Both the position numbers and the translations under genes were made by a program. A stretch of 64,000 nt of DNA from Mobula birostris (lineage: Eukaryota): contig NC_092379.1 of assembly GCF_030028105.1 (NCBI RefSeq), positions 9,880,272 through 9,944,271 of the forward strand, read 5' to 3'. Below, one piece after another: positions 1 to 11,565 of the stretch. Each line of letters begins with the position of its first letter. Positions within the stretch are counted from its first letter, which is position 1. Under the pieces are notes generated by a model. It saw only the letters and a list, made by a program, of their open reading frames with translations, did not search any database and was not told the DNA's origin.

Positions 1-759
1 GCATGCTTTTATGCATTGAGTTGCTGCCACATGATTGGCCGATCAGATATTTTCATTAACGCGCAGATGTACGGGTATATCTAATAAACTGTATGTTGAG
101 TTGTTTCCAGAAATGGGAATGTTTCATACTGGAAACAGAATTACAAGATGCAACCGACAGGAATCAGTGGCTTCAGGGGTCGAGCTGCTGCCTCAGAGCC
201 CCCAGCAATGCAAGTTCAATATTGATATCTGGTGGTTGGAGCTCCGCTTATTCTCTGAGCTTTAGGGTTCTTCCGGGGGTCAGGAATGACAAGCAGCCTT
301 AATTCTAAGATTTTAGTTTATCTTAGAATACAAATAAACATTCAAATACTAAGCAAACTGAATAGAGAGCAGAGAAAGGATGCTGAGGTATATGATGCGA
401 AGACAAAGGAATAAAGAAGCCAAGATTGCACCTCTGAAAAATCTATCACTTTTATAAGTTAATGAAAATTCCTTAGATAGGAATGAATTAGTTAATAGGA
501 TACATAATTAAAACAATTACATCACATGGGCAATGAGCTAATACTTAGCCAATGAAAAATGAGAAAGTGATGAACCGTTAGTTTAGCTGCTATACCACTT
601 TCTGCCAGTGAGCTGGGATGAACCAGATACTGTGTAAAAAGTACAAATCTTATTCAAAGGAGTATTTAAAAAAAGCAGTGGATCTTATATATCCTGCCTG
701 TGGCTGCATGGGTTTCCTCTGGGTGCTACAGATTCTTCTCACATCCCACTATCTTAAAT

Positions 760-1030
760 AGTGGCATAGTGGTTTGCACAATGCTTTACAGTACCAGTGA
801 CTTGGTTCAAATCCCACCGCTGCCTGTAAGGAGTTTGTACATTTTCCCTATGACAGCGTGGGCTTCCTCCGGGTGCTCCGGTTTCCTCCCACCGTCCAAA
901 GACGTACTGGTTGGTAGGCTAATTGCTTATTGTAAGTAGTTTCGAGATTAAATTGGGAGACTGTTGGGTAGTGCAGCTCAAAGGGCCTGAATGGCCTACT
1001 CCGATCCGTATGTCAATAAAAAAAAATAAA
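760..1030 (+). mobile_element. V-SINE (HE1-like)
   Basis: tRNA-like head, V-domain GGGTGCTCCGGTTTCCTCCCAC..CCAAAGAC, A-rich tail. Similar copies at 18715-18985(-), 34145-34445(+), 35330-35870, 54585-54810(-), 57655-57820(-). Confidence 0.75.
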
Positions 1031-1810
1031 AATGAAAATGACAAAGTGGCTTCTAGTGGGCAGTGAATAGTAGGACAAGGGTGGAGTTGATCTTAATGTG
1101 AAGAGAATAACACGGGCTTAGTGTAATTGGGTGCATGATGGTTAGCGCAGATTTGTTTTACTAAAGAATCTGTTTCCTTGCTGAATGACTTTATGATTAT
1201 ACAAAAGGGCATCATTTAAGACTGCAGTGCATACGAAGTTCTTCTCAGGGGTTGGTGAATCAGTGGAATTTTCCACCCCAGATGGCAGAGACTAGATCAC
1301 CAGAGGTGTATAGAGAAGTAGATCATTTTTTAAAGGATCGGGTGCAGAAGAGGAGTTGAGGCCTGGGACAGACTAGATATGATAACACCAAATGGTGGGA
1401 CAGGCTAAAAGGACCAGGTGCCCTATTCCTGCTCCTACAGTCTTGATTTCCTGCAAATGGAATGGAGAAATAAAATAATCTCTCCATACCAACAGTCCTC
1501 TCATTCTCCTCCCCCATCCAAGTTCCCATTTGGATTCTCTTCCCAATCATTTCCTACGTCAATTCAATCCCCATCCTAGTTTTGTGGCAAACCACCCCTC
1601 CCCATCACTATCACCAAGTGTGGTCAATGGAACAGTCATATCCTGCACCGCTGCCTGCTGACAGAAAGAGTACGAGATGTTGTACACGTGCCTGTGTACA
1701 ACACACTGCCATTGCTTTCACTCGCCTCAGATTACGCTTTGCACAGTCACAGTGAGGATCCGGTCACGGGGTCAGGTTACAGTCCTGTTTGGAGATAGCG
1801 CACGACTAAC

Positions 1811-1987
1811 CTTGGGGTCTTCGTCCGGGTTCACGATCTGTCCCTGCCGGTCCATGACCCGATAGATGGGAATGCCGGATATCACGTTGGGCTGAATAAA
1901 CTCCAGCCTGTCCACAAAATCTGCAGAGGCTCCTGGAAACTGGGGCTTCTCATCCAGGGATGTGAACTGCTGCTGGCAAAGCGCATG
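1811..1987 (-). CDS. BCKDHA: BCKDHA coding exon 2 (branched-chain keto acid dehydrogenase E1 alpha)
   Basis: Translates [59 protein letters not shown], matching vertebrate BCKDHA. 177 nt, phase 0/0, (CT)n-TAG acceptor and GTTAGT donor. Exon 3 onward is not seen in the window. Confidence 0.97.
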
Positions 1988-2489
1988 CTAGAGAGAGAGA
2001 GAGAAAAAACAGGAAACCGACAGGTGCTGTAATAAAGAAAATATATGCCACATACTAACTAGCGAGCAGGACTTCAATCCAACAAATCTATTCCACCACT
2101 CAATAAGATCATCATATATCAATTCTGAATGTCTACCTCAATATCCTTTCACCTTCTTGCTTGACAAGAATCCATCTATCTCTGTCTTAAAATAAATTCA
2201 GTTTCTTCTTTCATGGCTCTTTGAGAAAGAATTCCAAAGACTCACACCCTCAGAGGAATAATTTCACCTCTTCCCAGTCTTAACTATATCACCTTTATTT
2301 TCAAAAAGTGGTTCTAGATTCCCCTACAAAAGGAAACATTCTGCTATATCCAGCTTGTCAAGACCACTCAAGATCACATACATTTCAGTCAAGTCCCCTA
2401 TCACTCTTCTAAACATCAGTAGGTTCAAACCTATCCTTATAAGAAAATCCCAAAAATAAACCTAGTAAACCTTCTCTGAACTGCTTCTA

Positions 2490-3170
2490 GGAGTCTGCGG
2501 AGTTTCAGCACAACAACTAAAACTTTGGCAACATTCTACAGGGGTGTAGTGGAGAGTATATTGACTGAGTGGCTGCATCACAGCCTGTTATGGAAACACT
2601 AACGCTCTTGAACAGTATATTCTGCAAAAAGTAGTGGACACGGTCAAGTCTATCACGGGTAAAGCCGTCCCAGCCATTGTGGCGCACATCCACATGAAAT
2701 GCTGTCACAGGACAGCAGCATCCATCATCAGGGACCCCGACAACCCAGGACATGCTCTCTTCTCGCTGCTGCAATCAGGAAGAAGGTACAGGAGTCACAG
2801 GACTCACACCGCCAGGTTCAGGAACAGTTATTATCCCTCAAGCATCAGGCTCTTGAACCGAAGGGGTAACTTCACTCAACTTCATTTGCCCCATCATTGA
2901 GATGTTCCCACAACCTATAAACTACCTTTCAAGGACTCTTCCTCTCATGTTCTTGATATTTATTGCTTATTTATTATTACTTCTTCTTTTCGTATTTGTG
3001 CAATTTACTCTCTTCTACAATCTGGTTGAACACCCCAGCTGGGCAGTCTCTCACTGATTCTGTTATGGCTGTCATTCTATTAGATTTATTGAGTATGCCC
3101 ACAAGAAAATGAATCTCACGGTTGTAGATGATGACATATACGTACTTCAATAAAATTTGCTTTGAACTCT
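2490..3170 (+). mobile_element. Rex1/Babar-like LINE 3' fragment
   Basis: ORF remnant SIIRDPDNPGHALFSLLQSGRRYRS...FRNSYYP plus 3' UTR. Related copies at 7125-7490, 20890-21745(-), 24345-24960(-), 27745-28390(-), 39585-40290, 40910-41490, 62050-62540. Confidence 0.7.
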
Positions 3171-3979
3171 CTAATACACTCTATTAAAGAGATAACTCAA
3201 ATGTACACGACTCCAAATGTTGTTTGTTTTTTGAATAAAGAAATGTCTCCAGATAGAACATACAACTAATTTGCAAATTGGAGAAAGGAGAGATATAGTA
3301 TGTCTTCAGAAACACAGTAATCTAATAGTATTAGGAATGAGTAAGTTTTCCAGAGAGACAAGAGAGACAGTTCTCCATCAAACTAAGGAAGGGAGAGTTT
3401 TCACTGAGATACCTTAAGTTCCATAAGCCACTTTCTGAAAGGGAAAATAGAGCAAATTCAGTAACTTTTTAAAGGAAAATGAATATATACTTGAAATGGA
3501 AAAACAAACATGTAGCAGATCTGTATCTTTGCAAACATGAAACACAGTCCAATTGACTGTCATTAGCCTTCAAGCACGGCAGCCCAGACTCCAAATGTCC
3601 TTCATCATATCGCTGGCCTTCAAGCACAGAGGAAAGGTCCAGACACCAGATGGTCTTCATCACCCAATCACCTAGCTGGCCTTCAAACGTGGCACAAAGG
3701 CTTAGACTCCGGCCTGACTCTTAACTCTGCCACCTCCTTCTTCCTAACATGACCCATAACTCCCATCCGTGACCATCACACCATCCACAGGAGCTTACAA
3801 AACTACTGTCTATGTCACAAACATTGACAAAGACCACAGTTCGGTGTCATCTTAACTGGAATTCCACTTATACATCAAGCACAAGTATACCTCAGTTGCA
3901 GGGACAAGTCAGCTACAGAACTGTATTTGGCTTTCAGTGGATGAGGAGGAAATGAAAGCAGGAAATAACTCCTGCATAT

Positions 3980-4545
3980 CACAAATATGAGGAAGTCTGC
4001 AGATGCTGGAAGTACAAAATAATACATACAAAATGCTGAAGGAGCTCAGCAGGCCAGGCAGCATCTATGGAAAAGAGTACGCAGTTGACGTTTCAGGCCA
4101 AGACCCTTCATTGGGACTGGACAGAAAAAGATGTTCGTGTGAAAAGGTGGAGGAGGGGAGGAAGAAGTACAAGGTAGCAGGTGGTAGGTGAAACTGGGAG
4201 AGGGGGAAGGAGCTGGGAAGTTGATTGGTGGAAGAGATAAATGGCTGGAGGAAAGGGAATCTGATAGGAGTGGACAGACCATTGAAGAAAGGAAGTGGGA
4301 GAGGTACCAGAGGGAGGTGATGAGCAGGTACAGAGATAAGGTGAGAGAGGGAAACAGGGCTGAGAAATGGTGAGGGGGGGTGCAATTACCAGAAGTTCAA
4401 GAAATTGTTGTTCATGCCGTCAGGTTGGAGGCTACTCAGACGAAATACAAGGTGTTGCTCCTCCAACCTGAGTGTGGCCTCATCGTGGCAGTTGAAGAGG
4501 CCATAGACTGACAAGTTGCAATGAGGAACGGGAAGTAGAATTGAC
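3980..4545 (-). mobile_element. Penelope-like element 3' fragment with pseudo-LTR
   Basis: End of the GIY-YIG-linked ORF (LRLEEQH motif), pyrimidine-rich 3' region and degenerate hammerhead motif at 4082-4119. Confidence 0.75.
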
Positions 4546-5524
4546 ATTCAATGTACTCAACTATAACCCACAGCAGATAGCAGACTCAAAATAAAAACAG
4601 AATATGCTAGAAATACTCAGCAAGTATGTCTGCATCTGCGGGAAGAAAAACAGAGTCAACTTTTTGCAGCAAAGTTAGTCATAGCTGCCTCTGCTGTTTC
4701 ACCAGTCAGCCCTGCTGGCATCCTTCGATATATAAATTTATCAGCGTCAACTTCTATTCTCTCCCCCTCTGTAGCCTGCCCAGTCTTTTCTTCAAAGCAT
4801 CTATAGTTACTTCAACCACACCCTATGGTCCATGCCATCAGGTTGCAGGCTACCCAGATGGAATACAAAGTGGTGCTTCTCCAACCTGAGCGTGGTCTCA
4901 TCACGGCAGTAGAGGAGGCCATGGACTGACTATTTAGGATGGGAATCACCACTCTCTGCATATAATTTCTTTCTGATTGCTTTTTGAATATTACACAGCT
5001 TCTAGGTTTTTTGCTCTGTTCTTGCCCAGTAAATATAAACTGTGCCTATTCTTGCATTTTAGAGGCCTCTGCTGGGTCACCAGTTAATATTTATTTTCTT
5101 ACCTCAAGAGAAAAAGGACCCAGCCTTGTGCGATTAACATAGCCAGTTAATAAGAACTTAATGTTTGAACAATATTATCAGAAGTGATTTTGTACCTGGC
5201 TACAAGTGCTCCCATTAACCTCTTTGCCCTTGCACAAGGTTTTCTGATTTCTGGATGCTGCAGTGCGTATTCAAAAATGCACTCAACAAGAGAGAAACTC
5301 ACATCTCAAAGTACAGTATCTCCATTGTTATTTCAATTCTCATCCAAAGATTTGAATACATAATTCAGGTCAAGATTCAAGACTATTCATCATGCGAACA
5401 TCAAAATATACAGTAAAATGTGTCACCACTGTGTTGCGGTACAGCTATTTCTTCTTGAGAGAATTACATATGCCTCCACCTTAAAACTCAACTACTCTAA
5501 TACAGGGGAAGCTGCAGATGCTGG

Positions 5525-5960
5525 ATCATCATCATCAAGTGCCATGTCGTACGACATACGACATGGGCAATCGTGGTCTTCCATCTTTCTTTAATCTCAG
5601 AAGTTCTAATAAGCTCTTCAAAACTTGAGTCCATCTCGTGATGTGACTCATGAAAGCCATGCACTGTCAACCGTGACTTTTCTTCGACCAGTTTTACCCA
5701 TCACTGCAAGATGTTCGAGCTCCTCTTTCCTCAGTAAATGTCCCAAAAATGCCAGCTGCCGTTTCCTGATTGATGATATCAGCTTTCTTCTTATTCCGAC
5801 TTTACACAGCAATTCCTCAATTGTCCTTCCATGATATTTTCATTATTCTTCTCAGAAACATTTCTGCAGCTTCGAGTCTTCCTCATTTTCTTTTGATATT
5901 GTCCAACATTCGCTTCCATACATTAGTGTGGAATCAACGTAACCCTGCAACACTCTGAGT
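5525..5960 (-). mobile_element. RTE-clade LINE 3' fragment
   Basis: Minus frame IRKRQLAFLGHLLRKEELEHLAVMGK and a (GAT)n tail. Confidence 0.65.
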
Positions 5961-7789
5961 TTCATACACTTAGAAATCATGTTATTTTTTTAGCATCTTG
6001 CTCGACAGTTGTAGGAATCTAGAGAAAAACACAAACTGCTGATGGGTCAAGCAGTATTGGCATGGAGTTGGGGGGAGGGCTGTTGAACTATATGCAGAAT
6101 TAAAAGGGCTAAAACCTGACTTATTGGCAACTTGACAATTCATGCTGCGAGAATAATGTATGAACAAAGAAGTGCTTGTTGCATGAGAAAGCTTCTCTGA
6201 CTACCCTTATCAAAGTATGTATGTGATAACGAATGTATGTCAGCAGCCCAGACAGTACTCGGAGGCTCACTTGACTTGCAGCTCTTCCCAGGCTCTGTGA
6301 GTGGGGACTCTGTTTTGTCAACTGAGCGACACAAGCTTGCTAATAAGCAGTATGTGCTTTTAAGTAAACTGTGTTTGACAATTCCTGCAGATGGAAGATG
6401 ATACAAAGAAAAGAGAGGAAAAGGTGTGATGGGTGTCGGGAGGATGAAGCAAACATGAAAGACAACAGCACTAGTTGTGGTCCTGACTAATCTTCATTAA
6501 ACAAAGAAAAATTGATATTATGGCAGACAAGTGGGTACAAGTGAGTTCCAGATAGCTAGGGGTGAGCTGTCAGCAAAATTAAATAACATATATACAGATT
6601 GTAAGAGGGAGAGATGCGAGAGCAAGACATATCTATATATTAACATTATATAGAACATACACAGAAGAGTACAGCAGAGGAACAGGCCATTTTGCCCACA
6701 ATGTTGTGCTGAAGCAGCTAAAACATAAATCAATAACCCCACCCCCCCCCCCAAACACTAATCCCTCCTACCGACACAATACTGTTCCCTCTATCTTCCT
6801 CTTTTTCATGTGGCTATCCAGACGTCTCTTAAAAGCCGCAAATGTATTTGCCTCTACCACCGTATCAGGCAGTGCATTCCAGGCATCTGTCACCCTCTGA
6901 GTAAAAAGAAAACTTCCCACTTACATCTCTTTTGAACCTAACCCCTTTGAACCATCAATGCATGCCCCCTGGTATAAGACGTTTCTACCCTGGGAAACAG
7001 ATACCCCATGTCCACTCTATCTATGCCTCACATAATCTTATAAACCTCCATCAGATCTTATCTCAGCCTTCACCACTCCAAAGAAAACAAGGTAGTTTAT
7101 CAAGCCTCTCGTGTAGAGACACACACATGATCTTAGACAGGATGCTGTCTAAGCTGCATGCCATCTTGGACAATGCCTCCCATCCACTACATAATGTACT
7201 GGGTGGGCACAGGAGTACATTCAGCCAGAGACTCATTCCACCGAGATGCAACACAGTGTCATAGGAAGTCATTCCTGCCTGTGGCCATCAAACTTTACAA
7301 CTCCTCCCTTGGAGGGTCAGACACCCTGCGCCAATAGTCTGGTCCTGGACTTATTTCATAATTTATTGGCATAATTTACATATTACTATTTAACTATTTA
7401 AGGTTTTATTACTATTTATTATTTATGGTGCAACTGTAACGAAAACCAATTTCCCCTGGGATCAATAAAGTATGACTACTATTACTACTACTAAGACACA
7501 AAGCTGTGATATGCAGTAATGTATTGGAGTGACTGTGCTCTGATAATGAGCATCAGGACAATCATCCTCCTTTTCTTTCCTGCCCACGCCACCCCAACAC
7601 AGCTAATCCTTCCAGTCTGCTCCCGTTACCCTCTTTAATATTTTGTGCAGACTCAAGGATGATACTTCCATGACAGGCTGACTGCCAGAGGCAAAGAATG
7701 GGAATTCGGATGGTGGTGGTGGGGGGGGGGGGGGGCCTCTTCTGTTTGGCTGCCGGTGACTGATGTTGGAACCACTTATTTTCACATTA

Positions 7790-8850
7790 GGACGACAAAA
7801 CTGATGGCTTTGTGGCCAAGTCTGCGGACAACACGAAGACAGCTGGAGGGACAGGTAGTGTTGAGGGAGCAGGGAGTCTGCTGGAGGAGTCAGACAGATT
7901 GGGGGAATGGGCAAAGAAGTGGCAGATGGAATATAGTGAAGTACTTGGTCATGCACTGAAGGAATAAAGTTGTACTAAATGGGGGAGAAACTTCAAAAAT
8001 CAGAGATGCAAAGGTACTGGGAGTCTGTGTGCAGGATTCCTTAAAGGTTAACTTGCAAGTTGAGCCGGTGGTGAGGAAGGCAAATACAAAGTTACCATTC
8101 ATCTTTTCCAATAGGCTGGTCCTGGACTTATTTACTGGCATAATTTACATATTACTATTTAGCTATTTATGGTTTTATTACTATTTATGGTGCAACTGTA
8201 ACGATAACCAATTTCCCCCCAGGATCAATAAAGTATGACTATGACTATGACTTTTTGAGAGGACCAGAATATAAAAGCAAGAATGTAATGCTGAGGCTTG
8301 ATAAGGCAATGGTCAGAGCACACGCGGAGTATTGTGAGCACTTTTGAACCCCACATCTACAAAAAAGATGTGCTGGCATTGGAGAGGGTCAGAGGAGGCT
8401 CACAAAAATGCTTCCAGGAATTAAAGGGTTAATGCATGAGGAGTGTTTGATGACTCTAGGCCTGTAGTTGCTGGAGTTTAGAAGAATGAAGAGGGGAGAT
8501 CTCATTGAAACCTTTCGAATATTGAAAAGCCTTGATACTGTGGACGTGAAGCAGATGTTTCCTATGGTCGGTGAGTCTAATACCAGAGAGCACAGCCACA
8601 GTGTAGAGGAACATCCACTTAGAACAGATGGTGAATCTGTGGAATTCATTGCCACGGACGGCTGTGGAGGCCAATTAATTGAGTATATTTAAAGCGGAGG
8701 TTGATAGGTTCTTGATTAGTCAGGGCATCAAAGGTTACAGGGAGAATGCAGGACAATGTGGTTGAGGTGGATACTAAATCAGCTATGATGGAATGGCAGA
8801 GCAGACTCAAAGGGTCAAATGGCCTAATTCTGCTCCTGTGTCTTATGGAC
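7790..8850 (+). mobile_element. CR1-like LINE 3' part, interrupted by a Rex-type tail (8110-8252)
   Basis: LEFRRMKRGDLIETFRILKSLD..VDV remnant and a typical CR1 3' UTR. Confidence 0.8.
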
Positions 8851-9299
8851 AGCTTTATAGTTTAAGTTGGGTTAAGGGATCCACATAGTCCTGGACAGGT
8901 GATACTTTACAGGGCAGAAGGGCTGTTGTTTGGAGATTTTGAGAGGTACTTCTGCTTTTCAGCTATGGTTATCGGGATCCTCCAGTTCCAATCTGTTCCA
9001 TTCAGTCACCAAGGTGTCTTCATTTACGAGATTCTGTCATCTACAAACATCTTTCTGTGACTGAGCTGCTAACAGGGTGCTTATTTTGGGAGTAATTCCA
9101 ATAACCCACTTATGGAAATGGCTCAGTATGATTACTACATTCACTCTGTCTGCCACAAATGGTGGTATTTCCAGCATATGCCAAATCTCTGGTGTTTACA
9201 ATTACAGCCTTGGTATTAGTAACATTGTCCTGGCTTCAAACTAGTACCAATAATTTGGAGGATTTAGCAGAAAATGTACCTCTCCACTGCTGTGTACAT

Positions 9300-9705
9300 A
9301 CATCTATTGATGCTTCCGGACACATCTTCAGTGATGTTCCTGGAATCATCGGGTGTTTTGGGTCTTTCAACATCATACAACCTCCTCCAGGTGACCCAGC
9401 CGGGGCTGATCAGACCCCAGCTTGTGTCCAGATGGCTAGCTACTTATGACTCCATGGCTCCCCTCTTTTGAGCCACAGCCATCTTGAGGCCCTCTCTGCC
9501 GCATCGGTGGTACTGCGGATGGCTCTCCTCTTCCTCTCTCCCTCGATGCCCAAAATGCTGAAGGCTCTAACTAAAGAACGGGCTACGAATCCCCTACAAC
9601 CAACCTCCACTGGGAGACACCTCGCTCTCCATCCAGCCTGCTGACAGTTGCTGACCAGTCCTGCGTACTTGGAGAGCTTCCTTTCAAAGGCCTCTTCCAA
9701 GCTAT
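9300..9705 (-). mobile_element. HERO/R2-group non-LTR retrotransposon 3' end (restriction-like endonuclease C-terminus)
   Basis: Intact frame EEAFERKLSKYAGLVSNCQQAGWRARCLPVEVGCRGF...ASRWLWLKR, with the K..KY and VEVGCRG motifs of RLE-bearing elements. Confidence 0.8.
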
Positions 9706-9889
9706 CTCTGAAATACCTTAGGCAAATTTGTACTCCTTCCCCTAAACCCTCCTCCTTATTCTGGATTCTTCCTCCTTAGTCCTGAAGGGTCTTGGACTGA
9801 AACATAGACTGTTTATTCTTCTCCATTGATGTTGCCTGACCTGCTGAGTTCTCCAGATTTTGTATGTTTTTTTTTCTTTTGAACGCGTA

Positions 9890-10290
9890 GTCATAGAAAA
9901 GTACAGCACAGAAACACCGTTCAGCCCATCTAGTCCGTGCTGAACCATTTAAACTGCCTAGTCCCATCGACCTGCACTCGGACCATAGCTCTCCATAACT
10001 CTCCCATCCGAACTCCTCTCAAACGCTGAAATCGAGCTCGCATGCACCGCTGTACTGACAGCTCGTCCCCCGCTCTCACCACCTCCTGAATGAAGAAGCT
10101 TCCCCTCATGTTCCTTTTATAGAGTTCACCTTTTACCCTTAACTCATGACCTCTCGATGTAGCGTCACCCAACCTGTGTGGAAAAAGCCTGCTTGCATTT
10201 ACCCTATCTATACGGCACATAATTTTGTCAAATTTCCTCTCGATCTTCTACGTTCCAGGGAATAAAGTCCTAACCGATGCAATCTAATGT
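9890..10290 (-). mobile_element. CR1-like LINE 3' end
   Basis: IDRVNASRLFP..RGHELRVKGE..RGSFF. Same subfamily at 37650-37980(-) and 51795-52440(+). Confidence 0.75.
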
Positions 10291-10480
10291 GATGCTACTG
10301 CAAGTACGTTTGTTACTACTCTTGTGAATATCTATATAACAATACACCAGACTTTGTTTCTGCACATTGGCAACCCCGGGGCAACAGAGATGCCGGCGTC
10401 CTTCAACCCCGTCGGCGCTTCCCCTCCCCTAGTGTCACGCCGGAACTCCGCTGACACCAGACCCCGCACCACTGACTTAC

Positions 10481-10591
10481 ACTGGCCGAAAGAGCCCGCC
10501 GAAGGGTGGCCGTGAGGAACCTACGGCCGTAAAGACTCCTGCCGAGGCCGCTGCACCCTCGGCCCAGATGCCTGACCACCGCCGCCATCAT
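10481..10591 (-). CDS. BCKDHA: BCKDHA coding exon 1 (mitochondrial transit peptide)
   Basis: MMAAVVRHLGRGCSGLGRSLYGRRFLTATLRRALSAS: Arg-rich with no acidic residues. 111 nt, ends at a GTAAGT donor in phase 0 matching exon 2. Lies in a CpG-rich region. Confidence 0.9.
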
Positions 10592-11468
10592 AACTGTCTG
10601 CCCAGGTTGCTGCCTGCCCCGTGATGTCACTGCCCTTGGAAACCGCTCCCACTACCACACAGCCTTCATCGTCCATCAGAGCTGAACAAAAATCAAATCG
10701 TTATACTGTGAGATAATAAGTAACCGCGAGGAAATCCCTTCTAAACTCTTATTAAATTAAGGCATGAGTTGGTCACCTTTGCTGAAGGGACCTGACTTGA
10801 GCGAAGTGGGCGGGGAGGGGGCTGCGTCCCAGACTCGAGGGTTTTGCTTGGCTGGAGCCACAGCGCGAGCGCTGTGAGGTTGGCTCGAGACCGAAATTAG
10901 TCGACTACAGGCAGAAGCAGATAATGCCGCAGATGATTGGCTAGGGACAAAGAGTGCTGTGGGTGATTGGCTAGAGGCGGAGGGTTCTGTTGGTGACTGG
11001 CTAGAGCAGTGCCGCAGATGATTGGCTAGAGGCGGAGGGTGCTGTGGATGATTGGCTAGAGGCTGAGGGTGCCGTGGGTGATTGGCTAGAGGCGGAGGGT
11101 GCTGCGGATGATTGGCTAGAGGCAAAGGGAGCTGTGGATGATTGGCTAGAGGCTGAGGGTGCTGTGGATGATTGGCTAGAGGCGGTGGGTGCCGTGGGTG
11201 ATTGGCTAGAGGCAAAGGGAGCTGTGGATGATTGGCTAGAGGCGGAGGATGCTGTGGGTAATTGGCTAGAGGCGGAGGGTTATGTGGGTGATTGGCTAGA
11301 GCGGTGCCGCAGATGATTGGCTAGAGACGGAGGGTGCTGCGGATAATTGGCTACAGGCAAAGGGTGCTGTGGGTGATTGGCTAGAAGGAGACGGTGCTGA
11401 AACCGATGGTGGTGCTCGCCGTTGGTCAGGGGTACAAGCAAGGCCCTTGGCGCGGACGGCAGGCGACG
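10592..11468. promoter_or_regulatory. Bidirectional CpG-rich promoter between BCKDHA and EXOSC5
   Basis: Divergent ATGs ~880 bp apart, GC box GGGCGGGG near 10808, CCAAT array. The same head-to-head arrangement is known in mammals. Confidence 0.85.
10925..11390. repeat. 30-bp minisatellite, 16 units, consensus ~GATTGGCTAGAGGCGGAGGGTGCTGTGGRT (CCAAT-box array)
   Basis: ATTGG starts at 10936, 10966, (ACTGG 10996), 11021, 11051, 11081, 11111, 11141, 11171, 11201, 11231, 11261, 11291, 11316, 11346, 11376. Confidence 0.95.
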
Positions 11469-11565
11469 ATGGAAACGGCCAGCGCTGAGGCGCGGATGCT
11501 GCGGCCGTTCTCCTGCGAACACGGCCTCCTGTCCCGGCCCGACGGCTCGGCCTGCTTTACGCAAG
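11469..11565 (+). CDS. EXOSC5: EXOSC5 (Rrp46) exon 1
   Basis: METASAEARMLRPFSCEHGLLSRPDGSACFTQ-G contains the RNase PH-family LSRPDGSA motif. Donor CAAG|GTGGGT, phase 1. An upstream in-frame ATG exists at 11406. Confidence 0.92.

Noticed and set aside
10925-11390. CRISPR-like look (constant core with variable spacers) and the repeat ORFs DDWLEAEGAV / LANHPQHPPP
   Set aside because: Eukaryotic locus, the spacers are homologous to each other and there are no cas genes. The ORFs are by-products of a 30-bp unit.
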